Of a stretch of 64,000 bases of DNA, positions 8,901 through 16,510 are shown piece after piece. A model generated the notes under the pieces. The model searched no databases. It was not told where the DNA came from and was given only the letters and a program-made list of their open reading frames with translations. The position numbers and the translations under genes are program-made. Each line of letters starts with the position of its first letter. The stretch's first letter is position 1. This DNA comes from a virus. Location: positions 64,001-128,000 of IMG/VR virus record IMGVR_UViG_3300035180_002574, one strand, 5' to 3'.

Positions 8901-10261
8901 TTTCTACGATCCACGACTCCACTTACCAATTTACCAAACGATGAGGACTTGGCTGCAATTTTTTCTTTAATCTTCTGTGCTGCAGATACCGTTTCATTGG
9001 TGCCCGTATCAATCTGAAGATTGAGATTTCTCTGCTCATCTTTACCCTTAACGGCTTGCATGTGCTCATGAGCATCTTTTTTTAACTGAGTTACTCGTGA
9101 TTCGGGCAATCCCAAACCAGTGAACAATGAATAAACCTTAACAACAGGATCAGGAATATCTATCGTATAGATTCCTTTAAAAACTCCTTTTGGAGTACCG
9201 CACTGATCATTGATCATAGCTAACGCATATGTAATACTAGAACTTGGAATTTTTGACCAAACTTCTTTATTTGCCGCGATAATGACACCAACATATTTGG
9301 ACTGCTTAAGATCAAAACCGCCAGCCAACAAGTTCCCATTTAGATTATTAACGACAGCCTCAGCAATGGCTGTGTCCTCTGCATAATTATCTACGGTTAA
9401 TTCTCCGTAAACTGTCAAGCCCTCGCCGTCGGTAAATAACTTACCCCATTCCATAGGATCTAATCCTTTGACAGATGATGGCATAGAGGACAATGTATTG
9501 AAAGAATCAATTGGATCAACAATTGCCTTATTAGCAATCCCATAAAATTCTACCTGGCTTACATTAGCATAAATAGCTTCAATCTTAGCATTGTCTACGA
9601 CAATAAGATTGTTAACCTTTTTTGTCTGAGTTAACTTAGCTAGCTTAGATAATGTTTCAAGAGCATTTGCTTTGGTTTGGGCGTCTTCCGTATCCATTGG
9701 AAGAACCGTGATAACAACCAATGGTTTGCCTTGCTCAGCAAGAAGGTCAACCAAAGTCTCACAAGATCCGGCTCCAGAGCCGCCTCCCAAGCTAAGACAA
9801 AGAACATTTACTTGTGCATTTGATAGCTTATCATTAACTAATTGTGCAATTTCTCCACGATGAGCTTCGGCAGCAGCTTTACCAATTTCAATTTCTTTGG
9901 CGGCGCCTCCCAAACCATATTCTAATAATAATTTGTTTGAATCTGGGACATCAATAAACTTCAAATCCTGCATAGCGGTATTGATGACTATCGAATCATA
10001 ACCTAACTTATAGAAGGTTTCTGCGATACGTGATCCAGCCTGACCAGACCCAACGACACCTAATGCTAGACTTCTTTCCTTCTTTGTTACGATTTTAGCT
10101 GACATATTGTTCTCCTGCTGTTTCGCCTGACTTTTTGCTTTTAATGCGGCAAGTTTGCTCAAATCAATTGAGTCTTCTGATTTTTTTACTTCTGAATTGG
10201 AAACATCATCCACTAATTCTTCTTTTGATTGATTTTCTTCTGTTACTGACGTTGCACCCAT
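8897..10261 (-). CDS. Tubulin/FtsZ-superfamily GTPase (PhuZ/TubZ/CetZ-like)
   Basis: GSGQAGSRIA (T1), INTA, GLGGAAK (T3), LGGGSGAG signature (T4), VDN, LDPME (T7-like); AGGAG RBS. Confidence 0.93.
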   Translation of the reverse strand: MGATSVTEENQSKEELVDDVSNSEVKKSEDSIDLSKLAALKAKSQAKQQENNMSAKIVTKKERSLALGVVGSGQAGSRIAETFYKLGYDSIVINTAMQDLKFIDVPDSNKLLLEYGLGGAAKEIEIGKAAAEAHRGEIAQLVNDKLSNAQVNVLCLSLGGGSGAGSCETLVDLLAEQGKPLVVITVLPMDTEDAQTKANALETLSKLAKLTQTKKVNNLIVVDNAKIEAIYANVSQVEFYGIANKAIVDPIDSFNTLSSMPSSVKGLDPMEWGKLFTDGEGLTVYGELTVDNYAEDTAIAEAVVNNLNGNLLAGGFDLKQSKYVGVIIAANKEVWSKIPSSSITYALAMINDQCGTPKGVFKGIYTIDIPDPVVKVYSLFTGLGLPESRVTQLKKDAHEHMQAVKGKDEQRNLNLQIDTGTNETVSAAQKIKEKIAAKSSSFGKLVSGVVDRRK

Positions 10262-10299
10262 TAAATTCTCCTAAATAAAAATTTTCTATTTATAATATA

Positions 10300-11253
10300 T
10301 CACTTTAAAAACCATTGATTTGCTAAATACCACGAAATACATTGCTCAATTCCATCTTTAAACTTATACTTTGGTTCCCACCCTAAAGATTTAATCTTTG
10401 AAGAATTGATACTATATCTGAAATCATGCCCCGGTCTATCTTTGACAAATTCAATTAAATCATGTCCTTTGCCCATTACATTACAGATCTTTTGAACAAC
10501 CTCTATATTTGTATATTCTTGATTTGCCGTAATATTATATGTTTGATTGTCTTCGCCTTTATTAAGGACCTCCAATATGCCGGAGCAATTATCAAATACA
10601 TGTGTCCAATCTCTAATCTGTAGCCCCTGACCGTAGATAGGTATCTTTTGATCGTTTAAAATGCATTTTATAATCTTGGGGATGAACTTCTCCATTGTTT
10701 GCCTTGGTCCATAATTATTGGATGACCTAGTAATGTTATAAGTTAGTCCATAACTTTGATGAGCTGCCTTTACCAATAATTCTCCGGCTGCTTTGGATGC
10801 CGAATAAGGATTTCTAGGATTAAGTGCGGACTCCTCAGACCAAGGAGGATCAGATTCCTTGGTTAATTGACCATATACTTCATCTGTAGATATGTAGATC
10901 AATCTCTCGACATTATGTTTAATGCAGGAATTGATTATTGTTTGCGTTCCTAGCACATTGGATGTGATAAATGAGTTCGGCTCTTGAAGGGAAGAGTCTA
11001 CAAAAGTTTCCGCCGCCCCATGAATAACAATGTTAGGTTGCTCAAATTTGAAAATCGTATCAATAATATGTTGATCTCGGATATCTGCCACATAGAATAT
11101 ATGACTTTTGTTTATGTAGAGAGAGTTTTTGAACTTAGGGTCCACCCTATCCACACTGACGAATTGGTATGGTTGTTTTTCATAAATAGCTTTTCTAATG
11201 AAATTTCCAAAAATAAAACCACAAGTGCCAGTTATTAAAACTTTCTTATTCAT
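10300..11253 (-). CDS. rmlB: dTDP-glucose 4,6-dehydratase-like extended SDR
   Basis: GTCGFIFG (variant Rossmann motif), HGAAETFVDSS, STDEVYG, YSASK, SNNYGP, RDWTHV, DRPGHDFRYS. Confidence 0.92.
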   Translation of the reverse strand: MNKKVLITGTCGFIFGNFIRKAIYEKQPYQFVSVDRVDPKFKNSLYINKSHIFYVADIRDQHIIDTIFKFEQPNIVIHGAAETFVDSSLQEPNSFITSNVLGTQTIINSCIKHNVERLIYISTDEVYGQLTKESDPPWSEESALNPRNPYSASKAAGELLVKAAHQSYGLTYNITRSSNNYGPRQTMEKFIPKIIKCILNDQKIPIYGQGLQIRDWTHVFDNCSGILEVLNKGEDNQTYNITANQEYTNIEVVQKICNVMGKGHDLIEFVKDRPGHDFRYSINSSKIKSLGWEPKYKFKDGIEQCISWYLANQWFLK

Positions 11254-11255
11254 TA

Positions 11256-11526
11256 TCATCCATTCAATGCATTCCAAAATGTGACTAAAATCTCTCTAGA
11301 CTCTTCTTCACTTATTTTTGAAAATCTAGGGATCTTGTTTCCGTCCAGTTCTACCTCATCTAAGAACATAGATGAGGGGCGCACCCAATAGGCGCATGCT
11401 CCCCAATTGTCATCCACATATAACGCCCTATACATGACCATGTTGTCAAGATTTTCTGAGTGTTTTTGCAATACCCAATACCATATATAAATTACCTGTA
11501 TAGTGGCGATAAACTCCTTGAGTCAT
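11256..11526 (-). pseudogene. DUF1653-like gene broken by a 1-nt insertion
   Basis: MTQGVYRHYTGNLYMVLGIAK in one frame, HSENLDNMVMYRALY...WVRPSSMFLDEV..PRF in the +1 frame; junction is the A5 run at 11463-11467. Confidence 0.85.
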
Positions 11527-11529
11527 TTA

Positions 11530-12357
11530 TTATTCCTTGTATAAATTGTATTTGGTGCTAGTTTCATATAGCTCCCTATCAAGAACTGCTTTATTTGTCC
11601 ATTTATCTCTTAAGAGAGTAAGGTTGTGATTCATAAATAATTTATTGGCGGGATTCTTTTTAAGAGAGGCGCTTTCTTCATGAAAGATATTAGTTTTTCC
11701 ACAATATACAATTTTCTTTTTAAGATTATGCTTAATGGATAAACAAAAATCTACATCATCAAATGCCCAATGAAACTTTTCATCCATTCCATGGATTCCG
11801 GACTTATTTGTCGTACAAACTTCTTTGAAATATCCGGCTCTAGTTAAAAGAACAGCTCCAGTTACTACCTGAAATTCCCTATTTTTTTCTGCATTGCTAT
11901 CAGACTTTTCATTAAGCCTATAGTGAATAGGGGCATTATATCTAGAATCAAATACTACTCCAGCGTGTTGTAGTTTATCAGTTCCAGTAAACAACAGACG
12001 GGCGCCAACCGCTCCCACCGCCGAATCACTTTCTAAAATCTTTTTCATGGAATGAATTGATTTTGTATCATTTATAATGATATCATTATTCAATAACATT
12101 ATCATATCATCATCTTTAGGATTTGCTTCTTTGAAGAGGAAGTTTACTCCTTCTGAAAAGTTTTGAGAATTATTATGGTAAGGAATAACCTTGATGTTTT
12201 CTTTCCATTGAGACGCCATTTCTAGAGTATTATCTCTAGAGGCATTATCCTTGATAAGCCAAGTATAATCCAAATCATGCAAAGCCGGAATAAGAGATTC
12301 TTTTAATTTAGATAGTTTCTCTGCGCCATTCCAGGTTAGGGTTAATAGATAAAGCAT
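11530..12357 (-). CDS. Glycosyltransferase family 2
   Basis: LTLTWN, DNASRD, NFSEGVN, LLNND, VTGAVLL, FDDVDF. Confidence 0.9.
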   Translation of the reverse strand: MLYLLTLTWNGAEKLSKLKESLIPALHDLDYTWLIKDNASRDNTLEMASQWKENIKVIPYHNNSQNFSEGVNFLFKEANPKDDDMIMLLNNDIIINDTKSIHSMKKILESDSAVGAVGARLLFTGTDKLQHAGVVFDSRYNAPIHYRLNEKSDSNAEKNREFQVVTGAVLLTRAGYFKEVCTTNKSGIHGMDEKFHWAFDDVDFCLSIKHNLKKKIVYCGKTNIFHEESASLKKNPANKLFMNHNLTLLRDKWTNKAVLDRELYETSTKYNLYKE

Positions 12358-12376
12358 TTTGTCAGCCTTTTAATTG

Positions 12377-13381
12377 TTATAAACCTACTTTTATAGTTGC
12401 CATTACTGCCACTTCGCCACCAGTACCTACCTGAATAGATGGACCAATATATAAGTTGTTCATGAGTGGAATGTGTTTACCTACGTTATACGCAAAAGGA
12501 GTGAATGAAAACTGTGGGGTTTTACTAACCATACCATAACCAACGCCCAATTCTAAAACAGAAAAATCTGGTTGTTTTTTGAACTGTCCGTAACTCATAA
12601 TTCCTACGCTAATATTTGGAGTAAATTCAGCGTGAAGTGGTGAGGTAAGCGAAACTCCCGCATCTATTCCCATAAATAATCTCGGATTCCACCAAGACCA
12701 TTTTGGTTCTGGATACTCTTGTTTTGTTTCTGCCTTTGAAATAGGCACCACATAGGTTTTACCATCAACTGTGACGGTAAACTTATTGTAGAAATAAGTT
12801 CTTTGGTTCTCGTCCGTACCAACAACTGATGAGACCGAATATTCTCTTGCTTTAATATCTATATTCCAAGGGTCCTTTTGCCAGGCTGAAAAACCTACAG
12901 AACCAATTGGTACTTTTTGATCTCCGAACTTTTCGTTCAAAGATAGATTCTGTTGCGCTTTTAAATATCCATAAGGATCAACATTAGGGCATACCGTTCC
13001 GTCTGGACATACTGGATCTGGTTGTGGATTTGGGTTAACAGGTCCAGTATTGGTGGTTGGAATATGGTTTCCAATTTGAGGATTACTTATAACGGTTACA
13101 ACATTAACCGCCGCAACCTCTGCATGAAGTTTTTTTAAATCATCCTGAATAACTTTAATATTTACGCCATTATCTTTAATGAACTGATCGATGTCTTTTT
13201 TTGTAGCGTATTCATTTTGACTGCGAACTATACCGTCAGCCAACTGTTTTTGTGCAACTACATGAGTCTCTATTGCTTGTTGGCGATTAGCAATTTCTAT
13301 TTGTTTGTAAATAATAAATGACAATAATCCAACAATTAACATTGTTCCTAAAGCAATTAGGATTTTATTTCTAAGAGACAT
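12377..13381 (-). CDS. Membrane-anchored protein with coiled coil and beta-rich C-terminus; spanin-like candidate
   Basis: N-terminal TM (ILIALGTMLIVGLLSFIIY), coiled coil, alternating beta strands ending VAVMATIKVGL; start probably ATG 13381. Confidence 0.5.
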   Translation of the reverse strand: MSLRNKILIALGTMLIVGLLSFIIYKQIEIANRQQAIETHVVAQKQLADGIVRSQNEYATKKDIDQFIKDNGVNIKVIQDDLKKLHAEVAAVNVVTVISNPQIGNHIPTTNTGPVNPNPQPDPVCPDGTVCPNVDPYGYLKAQQNLSLNEKFGDQKVPIGSVGFSAWQKDPWNIDIKAREYSVSSVVGTDENQRTYFYNKFTVTVDGKTYVVPISKAETKQEYPEPKWSWWNPRLFMGIDAGVSLTSPLHAEFTPNISVGIMSYGQFKKQPDFSVLELGVGYGMVSKTPQFSFTPFAYNVGKHIPLMNNLYIGPSIQVGTGGEVAVMATIKVGL

Positions 13382-13395
13382 TTTTGTACGCTTTC

Positions 13396-14226
13396 TTACA
13401 CTTGCAAAGCAGGGCACCAATGAATTGTTCTGCCTTCGGGAGTAGTTTCTGATTTAATTTTGTTTCCTAGTGGATCAATCTTTTTCCCATAGACTTTGAA
13501 TTGGCTAGAATATTTGCCTTCTGCGCCATAAGCAGTCTTATAGGTTTGAATTGTGGCTCCCTGGTAATTATATGACTCATGCATTACATTTTTGATGGAC
13601 TCACATATTAAATCTATTTCAGATGATGATAAAGAGCTGCACGATCGCCACGGAGAAACCTTTGCTTGATATAACGCTTCGGCTCGAATGTAGTTACCTG
13701 TGCCTGAAAAAATATTCTGATCCAATAAAACCTGACCAATTGGCTTGTTAGATTTTGAGAGAGTTCTCTTTATCCATTTTTCATAATCTGTATATGAATC
13801 TCGAAATGGATCCCAACCCAACTCACTTATCTTGTCTAATAATTTATTTTGTCCTTTAACGAATTTAATAGTTCCAAAATGTCTGGGATCATTAAAGAAT
13901 AATGATTTTATTTCTTTATCATCTTCATAAAAGACTTCCAGGCAGGGATGTTTCCCCTCGGTGGGGGACCATTGACCAGTCATACCAAAGGTACAGTACA
14001 TATACCAATCATTATCAAATGACCAATACATAAATTTACCATGAGTTGAAATATCTTTCACTATAACTGGACCAGCCGATACTTCTTTCAGAAAATATTG
14101 AAGACCAATAATTGGATCATGAGCATATCGAGAATTTGGTGCGGCATGAGCCGTAATCATTCGCTTCCCTTTAATCAAAGGGAAAATCAAAGCCGCACTT
14201 AATCTTACTTCGGGACCTTCGGGCAT
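13396..14226 (-). CDS. nei: Fpg/Nei DNA glycosylase, Nei-type, zincless finger
   Basis: MPEGPEV N-terminus (start ATG 14226), HGKFMYW, FGMTG, DPRHFG, H2TH LLDQ..FSGTGNYIRAEALY; C-terminus GRTIHWCPALQ lacks the Cys4 finger. Confidence 0.92.
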   Translation of the reverse strand: MPEGPEVRLSAALIFPLIKGKRMITAHAAPNSRYAHDPIIGLQYFLKEVSAGPVIVKDISTHGKFMYWSFDNDWYMYCTFGMTGQWSPTEGKHPCLEVFYEDDKEIKSLFFNDPRHFGTIKFVKGQNKLLDKISELGWDPFRDSYTDYEKWIKRTLSKSNKPIGQVLLDQNIFSGTGNYIRAEALYQAKVSPWRSCSSLSSSEIDLICESIKNVMHESYNYQGATIQTYKTAYGAEGKYSSQFKVYGKKIDPLGNKIKSETTPEGRTIHWCPALQV

Positions 14227-14240
14227 TTTGCAATACACTC

Positions 14241-14595
14241 CTATATGAAAGCAATTAATTTATGCATTTTTAATAAGAAGTCGTCAATAAAATCTTGAGC
14301 TTCTTGAATTGATTTAAAGCTCAGCGGTTTATCATCCACCATCAATGGGGAGCATTTCCCCCAAAATGGCTTAACCATAAACTCCAGCTCGCCAACAAAA
14401 TATACTTGAAATACTTAATTTTTCCAATAATCAGTTCGTATTAATCTTACACCCGACCTAACGCCACCATACAAATAATTCTCGTGATTTTCTCCAGACA
14501 AATCACCGTACCACTCATCTCTATATCCTTATAGAGGTGGCTTCGCGTTTCCATTCAGCGAGTGTAAATTTTCCAATTGTTATTTCTTTTGCCAT
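14241..14595 (-). pseudogene. Probable ~117-aa small gene broken by a 1-nt insertion and a TAA
   Basis: MAKEITIGKFTLAEWKREATSI / GYRDEWYGDLSGENHENYLYGGVRSGVRLIRTDYWKN*VFQVYFVGELEF...QEAQDFIDDFLLKMHKLIAFI*; span = 118 codons + 1 nt; fills the gap exactly. Confidence 0.5.
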
Positions 14596-15317
14596 TTGTT
14601 TACAAAAATCTGTCTAGCCCGCTTATACAATTGATAAGTGTTCAACTGTTGACTGGTTTGTTTTCCAAAATGGACAACCGGAATATCCACCACCTGCATG
14701 GGAATTTGTAATTCGCGTGCCCTGAATGATAGATCAGTATCTTCAAAATACGCCAACCCAAACTCTTCAGAGAAAATTTGTGGCGGAGGCGTATAATCAT
14801 GAATCAAAAGAGGATTTCTTGGAATTTCTAATTTACTCCAAACATCTTTAGAAGCTGCCAAGCACCATCCCGACATATAGGATTTTCCATCAAGCACTTT
14901 ATTGGCTTCTTGAACGAAATTCAAATCTTTATCTAATTGACCCATGGTTGGTCCGACCAACCCATTCCCACACTTTTCAATCAATTTTTGAGTCCACGTT
15001 GTGTGGTCTGCGCGCACGCGAATATCGTTATTCAAAAATAATACATTAGGCGCACTAGCTAAAGCGTAACCCTCGTTACACGCCACGGCAAATCCTTGAT
15101 TTGCTGGAAGTCTATGATAGACGATTGCCTCGTTATCATGAAGATTTTCTTGTGTTACGTCTATGCTTCCATTATCAACTACAATGATCTCATGATTTTT
15201 AGGAAGTTTGAATAGGTCAGTTAAGCAGGCTTTGGTAAAATTCCATTTATTGAATACTGGAATCACGATAGATAATACTGGGTTCTGACGCATAGCCATA
15301 TCTGTAATATGCTTCAT
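14580..15317 (-). CDS. Glycosyltransferase family 2
   Basis: SIVIPVFN, VVDNGSID, NQGFAVACNEG, FLNND, YFEDTDL, HFGKQT. Confidence 0.9.
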   Translation of the reverse strand: MKHITDMAMRQNPVLSIVIPVFNKWNFTKACLTDLFKLPKNHEIIVVDNGSIDVTQENLHDNEAIVYHRLPANQGFAVACNEGYALASAPNVLFLNNDIRVRADHTTWTQKLIEKCGNGLVGPTMGQLDKDLNFVQEANKVLDGKSYMSGWCLAASKDVWSKLEIPRNPLLIHDYTPPPQIFSEEFGLAYFEDTDLSFRARELQIPMQVVDIPVVHFGKQTSQQLNTYQLYKRARQIFVNKWQKK

Positions 15318-16460
15318 TTATTTACATAGTCCCACAAATTGTTCAGCCACTTTTCTCCAGGTAAAATTGGGAAGAAGTTCTTGCATTTTTGGAGAAAATT
15401 TTTTGTGATAATCGCCATAATTCTGAATTAAATCTTTCAGCTTGGTGGCAGCCTCGTCTACATAAGGATCATACGCGCGCGCGTAGGGAGACGGCTCCCA
15501 ATATTGCATTTTCAAATCGGCTCGAATCTCTTTGCCGCCAATCAATATTGAGTTGTCATCATTCATGTATTCTAATTGACCGCCATAACGAGGAGCAACT
15601 ACCACCTTATTGGCGGCGAAGCCCTCTAATCCTGGCATCCAGAAACACTCGGCGTGTGCCATAGTATAAACCACGTCGCATGCGTTGTAAAGGGGCTCGA
15701 TGTCCGTAATAAATTGGTCCAGAATTTCTACGTCTGCGTGATTTTTAAATTTTGCCTCCCATTTGTTAAAAATTTCTCCGAATGGGATATTGAATTGCGA
15801 GTTGGGTCCTTTCTTAGATATTTTAAGAACCAAACAAACATCATCTTTTTTTGTAAAAGCTTTACCGTAAGCTTCCAATAAACCAGGAATGTTTTTTCGC
15901 AAATGCGGCTGCGCAATATTGGCTAATATTTTATATTTTTTTGTTGTTTTTAGTGGATATTTTCCAAGATTTTGAAATCTATCTAAATGAATTCCGTGAG
16001 GAATTACTATTTGCCGATCTTCTGGAATTCCGTTTTCCACAAATATATTTTTAGAAAACTGAGAGGAAGGAACCACTTTATCTATAGAAAAAGCAGCTTT
16101 AGCAAAACCCTTCGGTAAAACTGTTGTTTCATAATTCCAAATACCAAATCTATTATTGTTACCTCGAATAAAATAATTAGGGAAATTTACCATGGCAGTA
16201 TATGATAATTGCATATCATAAGTTGATGATAGTTTAGAGGTAATTCTGTCCTGGAAAAACTTAGGCGTCATTGCCCTAAAATCTTCTTCTTCAGCGAACC
16301 CTCTCAAGTTTGCTTTAAGATCTTCCGGAAAATGAGTAATACCATTAGTAGAAAATAAATCCACATCATGACCCATATGGATTAATTCTCTGGAAATATT
16401 TTGAGCAACCACGCTCCACGAATGATTTTTGCCTAAAAATCCAAACCAACAAATTTTCAT
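15318..16460 (-). CDS. Glycosyltransferase family 4 (GT-B)
   Basis: NIAQPHLRKNIPGLLEAY, LYNACDV..AHAECFWMPGLEGFA (Ex7E), GGQLEY. Confidence 0.9.
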   Translation of the reverse strand: MKICWFGFLGKNHSWSVVAQNISRELIHMGHDVDLFSTNGITHFPEDLKANLRGFAEEEDFRAMTPKFFQDRITSKLSSTYDMQLSYTAMVNFPNYFIRGNNNRFGIWNYETTVLPKGFAKAAFSIDKVVPSSQFSKNIFVENGIPEDRQIVIPHGIHLDRFQNLGKYPLKTTKKYKILANIAQPHLRKNIPGLLEAYGKAFTKKDDVCLVLKISKKGPNSQFNIPFGEIFNKWEAKFKNHADVEILDQFITDIEPLYNACDVVYTMAHAECFWMPGLEGFAANKVVVAPRYGGQLEYMNDDNSILIGGKEIRADLKMQYWEPSPYARAYDPYVDEAATKLKDLIQNYGDYHKKFSPKMQELLPNFTWRKVAEQFVGLCK

Positions 16461-16465
16461 ATATA

Positions 16466-16497
16466 CCTGCCCAACGTTAGTTATAACAACGGGCGGG
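16466..16497. promoter_or_regulatory. Intergenic GC-rich inverted repeat upstream of the GT4 gene
   Basis: CCTGCCC 16466-16472 / GGGCGGG 16491-16497, one G-T pair on the + strand. Confidence 0.45.
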
Positions 16498-16510
16498 ATT
16501 TCGTATTGTA

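Noticed and set aside
8897-10261. Host ftsZ from a chromosomal dcw cluster
   Set aside because: No ftsA/ftsQ/mur neighbours; T1 and T7 loops and tails differ from FtsZ
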